From contig OX597814.1 of assembly GCA_951406725.2 (NCBI GenBank), positions 209,436,001 through 209,500,000 of the forward strand: DNA of 64,000 bases, written 5' to 3'. The position numbers and the translations under genes are program-made. Numbering within the stretch: the first letter of the stretch is position 1; every line of letters starts with the position of its first letter. Below the pieces are notes generated by a model. It was not told the DNA's origin and ran no database searches. It saw only the letters and a program-made list of their open reading frames with translations. Source of the stretch: Octopus vulgaris. Taxonomy: Eukaryota. Shown here in pieces: positions 27,946-42,335 of the stretch.

Positions 27946-28259
27946 TAAATATATATTCATATATGCAGAAAAGACATGTATAAGTATATATGCACACACA
28001 TGCATATCTTATACATATCTACATTTGCTCATACATATATTTATATATAAATATATATGTATAAAAATATCTAATGTAGTCGTTGAATATGGTCGGTTAG
28101 AGAGTTACCATTGGTTTCGCACATATTAAACTCTCAGCAATATAGGCGACACAGAAAACCTGCGCGCCAGATGCACATACCTCCTGGGCGAGATGGAACT
28201 ATTCCTCTTTGACCCCACAAATCTTTCCAGCGCAAGATTTCTTCCAATATATGTCTACT

Positions 28260-29890
28260 GAAAAATTCAGATAGAACTATACTGTACTCTTATAAAACAC
28301 AAAATCTATATAGTGTACACAGTTGCACATATGATAAGCTGCTACAAAATAGCATCACGCAATACTATAGAAGAGCTTTTCCGCTCACATCCAGTAGTAT
28401 AAACAACGAAGCCAAACAGTTAGCCAGCAATTTAGGGATATCCGGTAGTTTGGAAGCGTCAGCTAAGAGAAAGGCTTTTATCACCAACTAAGATCACGAA
28501 TCGAACTTTATCTTCTAACCCAAGTCATGCCTGATTAACCCAGCTAAATCGGAAATCAAGCAGGCGAGCGAGCATATACTGAGAAAGATCATCGATGATA
28601 TAAGCACGACATCCAGTCTCACCTTTTGACGTAATACCAATGGAGTTATTTCATAGTTCATGGTAAACCAGAGTAGAGACAGGGCAAGGTTTACCCAATT
28701 CGTTATGGTAGGTTTTTATCTGTTTTTATCGAAGCGGTTACTAGCTAAGGCGCTTATGTTCACTAGAGAATTTACTAGCGTTAGTGATATGGATATAGAT
28801 CTAATAATGCACGTTACACAAAGGATTATATATACTGGACACCTAAACGAAGAGGTACCAGTCAGATTTAACCATCTCTAGAGGCGCAAATGGGTACATT
28901 CTAGATAGGCTTTGAAAAACCTAATACACACCTTTAGCTTCCTTAGTCTTAAGACTACAATTGACACCAATCTTACCATATTTAACTGTTTAGATGTTAC
29001 GTTGGATTTAGGTACCTGTTCATACAAATCTTACCGTTAACTTGCTAAACACATATTGTGTTTAAGTACCCGAAGAAGTGGGTCAGTAAGAGGATTTCGA
29101 ATCTGTCCTCAAAGGGAGCCCCTATTACAATGAGACATTGCTAGTCAGCGGGTTGAAGGACCGTATCCTCTTCATGCCGCAACCTAACACCCACAAAAAA
29201 AAAAGAGTCACCTTAAGATCATTTGGCTTGCCCTATCCTTCTCCTCCAATGTCAAGAGTTGCATGTTAAGGATCGGCCTTAAATTTGTGGACTAACATTT
29301 CGCGCAATCCCATATGTACCGACGAGTATTTAACAAATACATTTTTAAGGGTCACCTTCAGCAGTCTGGCCTGAATTTGAAAGATTTTAGTGAACACTCA
29401 TAAACACTGCACAGATGCTCATGTATGGTTAACAGTGAATGCCTAGTGGGTTGCTGATGCAACTACGAGTCCATGTTCTACGAGGCAGAAGTGGTGTGCG
29501 ACAGTAACAGTAGCAACAGCAACGAAAGCGACAGCAACAATAACAACAACACTACCAATAACGCAAGGACATATACGCGGAAATAATTTGGAGCTACGGA
29601 GTTCCCTTTAAGCGGTGACTAAATAACTACAGGTCCTCTTTTAGGATGCTAGAGAAGTGCAACGTTATGCTTTTGGCCAACTACACGTGATGTTTAAAAG
29701 AAGAGTGAACGCCATACAGGATTAAATGGAAACTCCTGGAACAACCTGGACCAAACTTCAACAAGAACAAATTTTGCTTGTTCGCGAGGGCAAGGATCCT
29801 AAAAAATTCGCTTGAACCGAGGGTCTTCTTAACTTCCAAAAGGAAATATTTAGTCGGTGCCTCCGTGACAGACAGTTCTTGTTGGAGACA
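28260..29890 (+). pseudogene. Decayed Penelope-like element ORF (RT N-half + C-terminal GIY-YIG), internally deleted
   Basis: Manual translation: SYKTQNLY...YDKLLQNSITQYY...INNEAKQLA...AFITN*DHESNF..PKSCLINPAKSEI...FTQFVMVGFY; later CSC.....CL...C...MFYEAEV, FGATEFP/FKR*LNNYRSSF and YRIKWKLL. Confidence 0.75.
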
Positions 29891-30689
29891 TGAAATTCCC
29901 CACTTTCTGAGGGAAATCCTACATAAACTCACTGTTTTCGGTCACAACCGGAACAAAAACACCTTAGATAGAAATATGCCTGTGATAATTGAACTATGAT
30001 AGTTGAAAAATTCCTGTGATATTTCAACGCATATCTTTGAAAAACTTTGTACTTTGCTTTCAATTTTAGAAACTGTTCTTACCAGCGAGCATTTTAAGAA
30101 GTGTACTTATAAAGATTTAGAGACACGAAGTAAATTATTTTTAACGGTTGTATTCGAAGATAAAGCTATTGACACTAACGTGTAGCAAATGGGGTTAAAA
30201 ACACCCTGGTCGGAAAAAAATTTTGAAGGTTCCCGTGGGACTCGAATTCAATTTTTCTGTGAAGAGGCTTTTTATTACCCAACATTCTACACGCTATTAT
30301 TTATGGTTTTACCTTCGAGCCCCACCGTTAAAAATAAATAAGATAATATCTCTCCAAGCTTCTAGATTCATATAATAATTGCACCCCCATCCAACACATA
30401 TGAATACATTGTAACAAAAGAAAAAAAGCACTTAATATATTGTGGAGAGATTATATCTGCAATCAAGAATTCAGGATTCTCTCCATTGGTAATCAGAGTT
30501 ACATACACGTGTGAAATACATGTACATTCACTCACACAATTTCACGAAACTATCTGACTGATCTTACGTGCAATTTGCACCTCTGTCACAGTCAGAATAA
30601 TGGTGTGAAAGATCAAATGTTGCATACATACATAAAATTTATGTCGGTATTAATGTATGCATGTATGCACATATGCTTGAATGAATGCA

Positions 30690-31180
30690 TGAACACATGT
30701 ATGTATGTATGAATGTATGTATGTATGTATGTATGTGCACGCATCTATGTATATATGTTTGTATGTATGTATGTATGTATGTATGTATGTATGTATGTAT
30801 GTATGAATGTATGTATGTATGTATGTATGTATGTGCACGCATCTATGTATATATGTTTCTATGTATGTATGTATGTATGTATGAATGTATGTATGTATGT
30901 ATGTATGAATGTACGTATGTATGTATGTATGTATGTATGTATGTATGTATGTATGTATGTATGTATGTATGTATGTATGTATGAATGTATGTATGTATGT
31001 ATGTGCACGCATCTATGTATATATGTTTCTATGTATGTATGTATGTATGTATGTATGCATGTATGTACGAATGTATGTATGTATGTATGTATGTATGTAT
31101 GTATGTATGTATGTATGTATGTTTGTATGTATGTATGTATGTATGTATGTATGTATGTATGTATGTATGTATGTATGTAT
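30690..31180. repeat. (TATG)n tract with a repeated 26-bp interruption
   Basis: GTGCACGCATCTATGTATATATGTTT at ~30735, 30833 and 31003. Confidence 0.9.
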
Positions 31181-31924
31181 CTTCTGTATTTAATTATATA
31201 AATTCTTCCTTTGAAGAAAGAGCTGTTTTCTAACAAAGACACAAAACTCCATCGTTGGAATGTAGATAACGCAAACAATGTCACATTTTGAAACTGAGAA
31301 ACGTTTTGAATAGCTTTAATGTTCTGCTTACAAATTATATTTGTAATGTGCGAATCTGTTGGTTAATTTCTTTTTCTGAAAATCCAAGCTTATCCATACT
31401 GACAGTTACAAAACCAAGTGCCTCAATTTTTATTGTTATAAATGCAAATTTGTAATCAGGATGCAGAAGATGGAGGTTTCGAAATAGATGTCCATAATTA
31501 TATTTATTCTCTTTGATTTTCAAAGAGATATTCACACCAGGAGGACAGCTGACCTCTATGACAGTACATATTTTTTAGTGTCTGTCGCAAACAACGATAT
31601 CCGACCTGTTATGCTTACAGTTAACAGATGTTTTCATGAGAATGTTCCACCAGTAATCCCTGTACTGGTATTTGTATACGTATTCAATAAGAGAAGAATT
31701 CTCTATATTTATTACGGTACAGTTTTTTTTTCGGAAAGGCATTATGAAATTCTTTGCGACAAAGTCATGTCGCATAGGGAAGGAAGTGCCTTCAGGAGAT
31801 TTTATGGCAGCTGCTAATCACATGTGGGATGTCCTCAACAGAAATACGATACAATCTACATTTACGGTTGCATCTTAGAATTCCAAGGGCTTCCCTGTCT
31901 CTTTTGCTGATTAGGTATTTAGTA

Positions 31925-32152
31925 GCGGCGAGCTGGCAGAAACGTTAGCACGCCGGGCGAAATGCTTAGCGGTAATTCGTCTGCCGCTACGTTCTGAGTT
32001 CAAATTCCACCGACGTTAACTTTGCCTTTCATCCTTTCGGGGTCGATTAAATAGGTACCAGTTGCGCACTGGGGTCGATGTAATCGACTTGATCCGTTTG
32101 TCTGTCCTTGTTTGCCCCCTTTGTGTTTGGCTCCTTGTGCGTAGTAAAGAAA
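31925..32152 (+). mobile_element. Family B SINE
   Basis: 15-bp TSD TAGGTATTTAGTAGC (31912-31926, 32153-32167). Confidence 0.92.
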
Positions 32153-32464
32153 TAGGTATTTAGTAGCAATCTTCTGTGTTTGGATTGCAGATGCATAACC
32201 TTGGAAATATGATGTAATGTAGAGGTCAGGAGTCCGAGAAAGGCTTCGTTTCATGCCAATGATATTATCTTATTCAAGTCTACGAGAAACATACCCATGC
32301 ATGGTCTTTTTTTGATGGAGGGGGGTTGTGGTATGCTGAGCGTTTCACCCCCAGGTTTTCTTTGAGGTATGCTAGTCCTGCTGTTTTGGGCTTGTATGGG
32401 AGGTCCTCAGAAAGAGAGTGCTTCTTGAGGAGCTCACCTCCAGCACGTAGCATATTGTTTTCTC

Positions 32465-32541
32465 TATGTATGTATGTATGTATGTATGTATGTATGTATG
32501 TATGTATGTATGTATGTATGTATGTATGTATGTATGTATGA

Positions 32542-32574
<33 letters not shown>

Positions 32575-32683
32575 TGTATATGTGTTTGTATGTATGTATG
32601 TATGTATGTATGTATGTATGTATGTATGTATGTGTATGTATGTATGTATGTATGTATGTATGTATGTATGTATGTATGTATGA

Positions 32684-32716
<33 letters not shown>

Positions 32717-32925
32717 TGTATGTATGTATGTATATGTATGTTTGTATGTATGTATGTATGTATGTATGTATGTATGTACGTACGTACGTATGTATGTATG
32801 TATCTATGTATGTATGTATGTATGTATGTATGTATGTATGTATGTATGTACGTACGTACGTACGTATGTATGTATGTATGTATGTATGTATGTATGTATG
32901 TATGCATGCATGTATGTATGTATAT
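32465..32925. repeat. (TATG)n microsatellite
   Basis: Direct reading. Confidence 0.95.
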
Positions 32926-33604
32926 GTGTGTGTTTGTGTGTGAGTGTGGGGGGTAGTGTCTTCTACTGTATTCCCAGGTCAAGCAAAGCCTTCTGAGTGG
33001 ATTTCTTTGATAGAAACCGAAACCTCGTCGTATAGGTATCTACATGTGTGTATCTTTGTGTTTGTGTATTCAGTATTCAGGCATTAGTCACATAATCAAG
33101 TGCTCCAATAATTATTGGTATATATCTAAAACTAAAGTTCTGATAGAATAACTGCAGATTTCTCATTGGCTCGGCATATAGGTTTTCACTAACTCATTTC
33201 AATAACTATCTCTCTTATCTGGCCGAGATGCTCTTATTTTATTGAAGTATTGAAACGAACAGCCCACTGGTATTTTTTGATGGTACGTATGCTTAGACCT
33301 CTTTCATCTCGGTTCCATCTTGTACTTGATCCTGCAATTATCCTGTCTACATATTTCGTTATATTATTTTCTAGCTATACCATGGCTCGTACTAGGTAAA
33401 ATATTGATAACATTTTCGGAAAGCTACTTTTGATGTGGAAGACATTTTGATTGTTCATTACAGAGTATACATAAATTGTCGCATCTAGTTGGTTTAATTG
33501 CATTTCTCTCCCTGTTGTGCATGAAGCTATATGTCTTAACTAAGCGTTCATTGTTGCAGATTAGAAAATATCTTCGTATATCCTCATGGCAAATATCTTC
33601 GTTT

Positions 33605-33837
33605 AAGGCTGCGAGCTGGCAGAAACGTTAGCACGCCGGGCGAAATTCGGAGCCGTATTTCGTCTGCCATTACGTTCTGAGTTCAAATTCCGCCGAGGTC
33701 GACTTTGCCTTTCATCCTTTCGGAGTCGATAAATTAAGTACCAGTTACGCACTGGGGGCGATATAATTGACTTAATTCCTTTGTTTGTCCTTCTTTGTCC
33801 CCTCTATGTTTAGCTCCTTGTGGGCAATAAAGAAATA
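33605..33837 (+). mobile_element. Family B SINE
   Basis: Full length; flanking direct repeat AGAAAATATCTTCGTATATCCTCA (33563-33586, 33838-33861). Confidence 0.92.
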
Positions 33838-34419
33838 AGAAAATATCTTCGTATATCCTCAAGGAACTATAGTATTCTTCTTTTGATACCGGAGAAATTG
33901 TCAGGACATTGGTACGATGTGACAAGATGGGCTCGTAGTTCTTAATTTTACAACCATGTCAGAACAATTATCTTGGTGATATGAATACTATTTTGGCGGG
34001 TGTGAGGTGAGATATATTTAAGTCTTCGAATTGACATAGCGTTTCTGTTCATATCAAAACATTTCAGGGGTTTATGAATGTATGAATTGTGCGGTGTGGC
34101 GTATGCACATGGATAAATTTGCGCCCATGTAGTGGGTGTATATTTGACTTGGGTACACAAGAGCATGTACTTCATTGCAGTTTATGTGTATCTTTGTTTG
34201 ACTTCGTGTTTGCATGTGGGTTTTCGTATGCGCATGTAACTGTACACAAACACCAGGCTAGGGACCTCATATGGGTAATTTATGATATAGGTAATTTTTG
34301 GTATGTTTTACGAGGTTTCATTGTTTCCCTGATCATATTTTGACTCATTGCTTTACAACAGCTTTATGTTTTTTTTTAACTTTTCTGCTATATTGGCAAG
34401 ACATAAACGGCATTTTCTT

Positions 34420-34651
34420 AAGGCGGCGAGCTGGCAGAAACGTTAGCACGCCGGGCGAAATGCTTAGCGGTATTTCGTCTGCCTTACGTTGTGAGTTCAA
34501 ATTCCGCCGAGGTCGACTTTGCCTTTCATCCTTTCGGGGTCGATAAATTAAGTACCAGTTACGCACTGGGGTCGATGTAATCGACTTAATACCTATGTCT
34601 GTCCTTGTTTGTCCCCTCTGTGTTTAGCCCCTTGTGGGTAATAAAGAAATA
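34420..34651 (+). mobile_element. Family B SINE
   Basis: 11-bp TSD GGCATTTTCTT (34409-34419, 34652-34662). Confidence 0.92.
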
Positions 34652-35069
34652 GGCATTTTCTTTGACTACATGGGGGTTTAATAGTATTTTTATCTCTCTT
34701 ATCGCTTAAATCTTAATTGTTCTTTTCTGCTCCTTCTAGGACGCATGCGCTATACCTATCAGATGTTCAGGAGAAGCTACTATCCCTATCATTGTTGTGA
34801 GTACTCTGATGTTTGGTTGATAAGTACCCTTGCATTACTTTCTGCTAGTATGGTGAATATTTCTCGTCCAAATCTCTGCTAAAGTAGGTCATTCTAGTTA
34901 TCCTTGGTTCATATGGAACAGCTGTATACTCACATACAATTATATTAACACATACACACGTGTGTGTGTTGGTATTTGCATAAATATATATGTGTATATG
35001 TATATGTATTTATATGTACGTATATATATATATTCTATTTGAACTATATATACGTACATATATATTATA

Positions 35070-35121
<52 letters not shown>

Positions 35122-36712
35122 TATACATACATATTCACACTCTGGTGTGTGTTTGTCAAAAATAAGCTCATGTGTTAAAACAAAGCGTGTTGCAAATATA
35201 AATATAAGCCAGAATAGGAATTTTCCTTCATATAATGCAATATATACAAAGGCGAATATTGACTTGAATTTTATAGACATGGAATATCAAATTTCACTCA
35301 TATGATTGTGTGAGAATGAGTTTGCAGCAATATTTGTGATAAACGTTTGTATATACTTTGTAAGGATGCGTATGTGTTTAGTACACATATACATATATAT
35401 ATATGCATCATAAATTGAATTATACAAGATATATAAGATTTCCTGTCAGTAAATGTAATATTACAAAGAACGTTTCTACTTATCTATGCCAGTTTGAAAA
35501 CATGTTTGTTAGTATTGAATTTGTCTGTGTGGCGATAAAAAACTCATATTCGACTTGCACATGTTAATATTACATACATCAAACAGTTTTTGCTACTTGT
35601 GATTCTATAACAGCAGGAAACATGTACATTTCTTGATAAAGAAATATTGCTAATATCTAGCTAATTTCTAGTTGAGCTTTTTGTATATTTTCCTCGCCGA
35701 CTAAGCATTTCATAAAATCAATTTTCCAGAAGAAAATAAAAACAAAAACAATACCAGCATCAGCATCAGCATCATCATCATCAGCAAAAACAACAATACG
35801 AACAATAGGACAGTATGTAAATAGAGAAAGAGAAAAGGTAACGTTTTAGAATTATTTAACAGTTTACAGCGCCTCAACCATAAAAAAAATATCAGCAACT
35901 TCATCACTAGTATTGCTATCAATATCAGCACTATCTAGAAATTTGTCTTCTTGTTCTTCGTACCTTTTAAAGGATTGTGTTTTTCCCATCTTTACCCTTT
36001 GAAGCAATTTAATATCAGTTAGTTCAATCAACCCGATTTCAATATTCATATTTATGTAGTCTCGACGTATATATTTCATCTTGTATTGTGTCCTGTTGCG
36101 TGAAAATTGTATATATAAAAGAAATTTATTGGATGTTTCGTTTCCCATTACTTATTTTCTTATTATATGTTTGTATTTTCGATTGTGGCATCCTTTATTG
36201 CGATTGTGCCATTGGTTTTTATCAGGATATATTTTTTAAAAATAAAGTAAAGAAATAAGGTTTCAAAAGATATGGAGAAAATAGCTTCATTTAATATGTC
36301 AACCTGTGAAAGCATTTATTTTCCTATCTTATTTCAAGAACAAGGAAGTTGATAAAAACAACAAATATTTATCTGCTATCTAGCTTTGTGTCTAATATTG
36401 CGTGAAAAAACATATTTCGAGCTGGTAACCTCTTCACTCCAGTATTTTCTAGCTTTATTGGTTTAGTGAATAGAGACTTGAATACCTGTTAAAGAAATAT
36501 TCAAGTATCCAATGCCAGTCTGGGCACATGTAAATTGATATGGTAAACATGGCACCTGAAAGTAAAGGGAGATGAAGGCTTTCACAACGAAATTTGATAA
36601 AAATGACTTAGTAGATTTATTAAGGATAGAAGAGTTTAGCAATTTAGAATTATTTTCCAGCTGCTTAGAAATCTACGATTGTAGAATTTGAATTAGTTAT
36701 TCTGTTAGTAAT

Positions 36713-37165
36713 AAGGCAGAGAGCTGGCAGAATCGTTAGCACAGCGGGCAAAATGCTTAGCGGTATTGCGCCTGCGTTACGTTGTGAGTTCAAATTCCGC
36801 CGAGGTCGACTTTGCCTTTCATCCTTTCGGGGTCGATAAATTAAGTACCAGTTACGCACTGGGGTCGATGTAATCGACTTAAATTCCGCTGAAGTCGACT
36901 TTGCCTTTCGTCCTTAATCATTTGGATCGATGTAATCGACAAGTTCACCGCCCCTCAAATTTCAGGCCTTGTGCCTATAGTAGAAAAGAATCGTTAGCAC
37001 ACCGGATAAAATGCTTTGCGGCATTTCTTTCGGCTTTACGTTCCAAGTTCAAATTCCACGGAGGCCAACTTTGCGTTTCGTCATTTCGTGGTTGATGAAA
37101 TACATACCAGACAACTACTGGCCTCAGTACAATAGATCTGACCCTCTTCTCTCATAATTGCTGTC
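36713..37165 (+). mobile_element. Nested/composite family B SINE fragments
   Basis: Young 5' portion (36713-36880), a restart at AAATTCCGC, variant tail GGCCTTGTGCCTATAGTAGAAA, then an older copy. Confidence 0.8.
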
Positions 37166-38228
37166 AATATTAAAATGATTCATTGTTATTACAAGCCATA
37201 TCTTATTTTTAGGTCCGACGAAATTGCGTAGATAACTCCATCTCTTTCTTCGAGTATAATACATATTGTGCTACCTTATTCTATTTTCCTTCTCATTTTA
37301 ATGGCGATAGGATGTAGTTATTTGAATTGCGATATATAGTTGTGTCGGCTCGAGGATATTAAATACTTCTACACACGACAAAATGACATAATTTCAATTT
37401 TAGTGTTGTTACTGAATTTTCTTTTGTCGACACAGTGTGCTATTTCTCTTCTCAAATTTTAAGTGCCTATACTTGATTACCTTCGGCTGAAAGTCAAACG
37501 CATTTTCAACTCAACCAGCTGTAATTCTCAATTAGTTAATTAGTTTACACAAATCAAGAATTTATTCATTACAAAGTGACGTAAATGAACGCCGTCGGCT
37601 AGTATTATGTCCCTTTCAAGTAAATTCCTCAGCAATACTTAATTTTAATGAACGTATTTTATATTAACTTTCAAGAACATCATCATCTCAAAATAAGATA
37701 CATTGCTCAAGTAAGACTAGTTGCTATTTCATCTTTAATACTGATTCATCTTTAATACTGATACATTCACAACTGATAAAAAGAAATATAGTCAGAATTG
37801 TTTGAATAGATCCTAATATGTTATCTATATCTGTTTCAAAAACTCATTGCGGAAAGAGTGATGAAAGGTAGCCTTTAATTTGGTGGGAATTGTTTCAAGA
37901 ATGTTGAAGGACAAAATGAGAGATTTTTAAAAGAATTTAAAATGGTTGCATCTTTACCTGTATTTCACCGCTTTCTGTTCGTTCTTTAAATTGTAGTGAC
38001 GTTTGTTGAGCATGAACGAAGATGTTACATATTTCATTTCTTGCTGAGAGCCGCATAACACACATGAAAAACGCAGTCGAAAAAGCATTAGCATAATACC
38101 TATTTTCTTGCACCATCCCATAGCCCAAGAGCCCAAGAGTTGAGTTCTTTCACATGGAAAAGAATACAACAGGTGTGTAGGTAAAGCTGTTATGAATAGC
38201 AACGATCTTAGGAACACAATGAAAATAC

Positions 38229-38462
38229 CTATTTCTTTAATACCCACAAGGGGCTAAACACAGAGGGTACAAACAAGGACAGACAAACGGATTAAGTCGA
38301 TTACGTCGAACCCAGTGCGTAACTGGTACTTATTTAATCGACCCCGACAGGATGAAAGGCAAAGTCGACCTCGGCGGAATTTGAACTCAGAACGTAACGG
38401 CAGACGAAATACGGCTACGCATTTCGCCCGGCGTGCTAATGTTTCTACCAGCTCGCCGCCTT
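38229..38462 (-). mobile_element. Family B SINE
   Basis: 13-bp TSD ACAATGAAAATAC (38216-38228, 38468-38480). Confidence 0.92.
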
Positions 38463-38757
38463 AATATACAATGAAAATACTGCTTTCACATATACGACGC
38501 AGCTGATGCTACAAACAGGGAAATATTAGGACTTGTTTAAATGGATAAACGTATGGATTCATCCACTACACTTTAATCTCTAGTCCACTCACAAGCTGCC
38601 GCTTTGCATAGCCTTTTTTATAGCAATAAAAATACCTACTGCTCATCGAAGTTAGTCCTTTCAGTAATACTTCCACCCAAGCAAGCCTAACACAATCGTC
38701 TCTTCTAGTCCCCCATACTAAACATCCTTAATCTGGCCGCGTGCTAACCATATTACT

Positions 38758-38977
38758 CGTTTACATGTTCCACTCATTTGACTGTGGCCATGCTGGAGCA
38801 CCGCCTTTAGTCGAGCAAATCGACCCCAGGATTTATTCTTTGTAAGCCTTAGTACTTATTATATCGGTCTCATTTGCCGGACCGCTAAGTTACGGGGACG
38901 TAAACACACCAGCATCGGTTGTCAAGCGATGTTGGGGGGGACAAACAAAGATAAACAAACATATACACACACACACA

Positions 38978-39030
<53 letters not shown>

Positions 39031-39111
39031 GTAACATATTGTATAGATAAATTTCCTCTATTTACATAATATTGAGGTCTCTTTCTTTCTTTTGTTATCT
39101 TACCGTTTTAT

Positions 39112-39146
<35 letters not shown>

Positions 39147-39311
39147 CACGACGGGCTTCTTTCAGTTACCGTCTACCAAATCCACTCACAACGATTTGGT
39201 CGGCCCGAGGCTATGGTAGAGGACACTTGCCCAAGGTGCCACGCAGTGGGAATGAACCCTGAACCATGTGGCTGGTAAGCAAGCTACTTACCACACACCC
39301 ATTCCTGCGCC
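38758..39311 (-). mobile_element. Family A SINE with a pseudo-LTR fragment (39030-39115) inside its (TA)n
   Basis: Colinear with 2763-3175, flanked by TATTACT. The insert is the reverse complement of 6712-6797. Confidence 0.88.
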
Positions 39312-40190
39312 TATTACTAAGTTATCATTGTTGAATGTCTTCCCCGTTCGTGTGTTTTCTACAGTCATTCATACATAGTTGTTGAAGGTGAACATCGATC
39401 ACATTGGTTTCACTAACTTTTCTTTTACAAAGGTTCTGGACTCAATCACTTTTATTCGACTAAGCATTTACGCCCACCAACATAGAAAAAAGAATAAAAA
39501 TCCCAGAAAAAAAAACATTATATTATTTTATCCGTTTCGGTTAAGTTAGTAGAAAGATCAACGTAAAATTTATAATGAATTTAATAATGCAGTCTATTAC
39601 GTTTACTAATATATCACGAATATTCTTGTTATCTAGTCCTAAATCATCTTTGATCAAACATATATATTACCTAAGGAATCAAACCGTGACAGATCTCGTC
39701 TTTTTACAAAGGCAAAGTGCATCACGACGACATTATCTAGTGTGCCTTTTCTTCTGCGATAGTGTTTTTTTCTTCACTGACATAGCCCACAGCTAATTAC
39801 CTCGAATTTTATTGCTATTAATGAGAATCAGCTCAAAGCTGACTGAATAAACATGTCATCAAAGGCGTTCTATTCAATTTCATCCAAATCCAATGTACTT
39901 TTACGACAAAGTGTACCAAGGGCCATACTAACCATAGCCACATTCTTCAAGACAGAAAGGTATGATTCAAATGGTATCTTAATCGCTTTTTGTAAAACTG
40001 TAAATGGCTAAGTTGAGGGGAACTTTTACGCTCCTTGCGCTCGGAATTTATATCTTTGTTGCTTATAGTATTCTGTGGGACTTTAATCTAAATCAACACA
40101 ATTGGCAGGAAGAATTTATAACATAAAAACGTTATCAATTAAATACGATAGTTTGTTCAACGTAAAATTTATAAGAATGAAATTTCATAC

Positions 40191-40228
<38 letters not shown>

Positions 40229-40744
40229 CATGACCATCCCCAAATACAATAATACGCACACTCACACACACACATGAATGTATGTGTATATATTTGTACT
40301 TGAAAAATCAGGTGAAATTGAATATCTGATATCGATTTCAAATCCAAATACTATTGATTAATGCTATGTGAAATAGCGACACCTCCAATCTAAATACCAA
40401 TATGTTTATCTGGGAGGCTTTTAAATTGAATCCTCTAACCAAACACTCATCGCAACGTGATTGATTAAATGCATTGCCATGACAACAATGTTAAAGATAT
40501 AGCTTAACACGGAAAGTCATCAGTACTTGGTTACCTCATTAGTATTAATGTACTGTAGTTGAAAATACAAATAATGCAATTCTGAACTGTGAACTGGCAC
40601 ATCTCCGGAAACCCTCGAATGTCAAGTCAGAAACGAAAACTACAAGAAGAAGAAAAAAATAGCAACAATAATAGTAACAACATCAACAAATACTGACTCA
40701 TATCATACTTCCAAATAAATACACATACATATACACATATGTAA

Positions 40745-40832
<88 letters not shown>

Positions 40833-42335
40833 GAATGTTTTTATATATAATGAATGAAACACAGGAAGGGACGAACACGGAACACAGACAAATCATTAGC
40901 CTTCAATCTTATATCATATTTCGGCTGTTATATATCCAATCGGCCAGCCCCAAGAAAAAAAACTAATAAGCATAGATTTCTTGTAGAAGACAGGAATGAA
41001 CGCACAAGACGGATGTAAACACAAGAGACGAAAACGAAATTGAAAACGGTAATGAACAAACAAAACATATATAACGGTGGTTGTCATTCTTTTGTGAACC
41101 GGTGAACATTCAAAGAAACTTGCTAATGGAAATGCCAATATAACAAAGATAATATCAATACCAATATAATAAGAAATCACGCAGAAGTAGATGCACATCA
41201 AACATACACATAGACACATATTTATTTGTCAACATTACAACATGGCTAAATCTATAGAATGTCTAACTAAGTATCTTGTGGTTATTAGTTAGTTGATGCC
41301 CGATCATGTTCTGAGTTCAAATCTTACCGATGTCTTTGAGTTCCTTTTTCACTCTTTCGAGGGATCAATAATACAGTCAAATATTGGTATCAATTCATGT
41401 GTCTATCGTTTCTTAACATGTATGTGTTTCATTTCCTAAGAAATATATGCCGATTTCTTGGAAAGAGACGAAGCTATGAATTTTCTAGGGCGCTTATATT
41501 TAATTTATCACTTAGCGCTTTTATGATACAATTTTTATTTTGATCTCGGAAGAACGGAATTCAAAATCTGTCTTGGCTGGTTTTGAACTCATCACAGAAG
41601 GGATCGTCACGAAATATTCCAGGTATTACACAATTATTGGTTTCAAATTTTGGCACAAGGCCAGCAGTTTCGGTGGAGGGGTAGGACTATTACATAGATT
41701 CGGTATTCGATTGGTACTTATTTTATCGACTCCGAAAGGATAAAAGCAAAGTCGACCTCGGCGAAATATGAAGTCAGAACGTGAAGATAGACGATATACT
41801 GTTAAGCATGTTTCCCGGTGTGTTAAGTATTTTCAAATTAATAGCACCATTTATGTTACTGAAGAGTAAAACTTTTGGATTCATTTCTGCGACGTTCTGT
41901 CAGAAATCATTGTTAGATTATTCTAAGCGTAATGTCGTTTACCTATTTCCTTTCCTGGATGTTAACCATGATATTTGCTGATTTCAGCGAACTTCTGAAT
42001 GTGGTAACCACATCAAAAGAGTAATATGCGGATAGGCCGTGAGAACATTCAGGAAAGTTTGGTTAGTTCAAGCAGGACGGCTGAATCTAATAATGATTTT
42101 TTTTAAACGATGGCGCAAAGCTACATATTTTGGAAACGGAACAAGCGGCTTAATTGACTCCAATATTTATTTGATCGACCTAAAGTGATTTGAATTCAGA
42201 ACGTAAACGGAGGTAAGAAAATACCACAATTCATTTTATGCTGTCCACACTTTAGTATTATTACCACTCGCTAATTTCCAATCATCTATCCAATAATAGA
42301 AATTAGTTGGATTTAAAAGTATTTCAGAAATTTGA

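Noticed and set aside
29990-30060. Possible HHR after the PLE ORF
   Set aside because: Core too degenerate (no CTGANGA) to call.
37750-38215. Possible hAT dimerisation-domain remnant on the minus strand (PCER motif)
   Set aside because: Too degenerate and no TIRs found.
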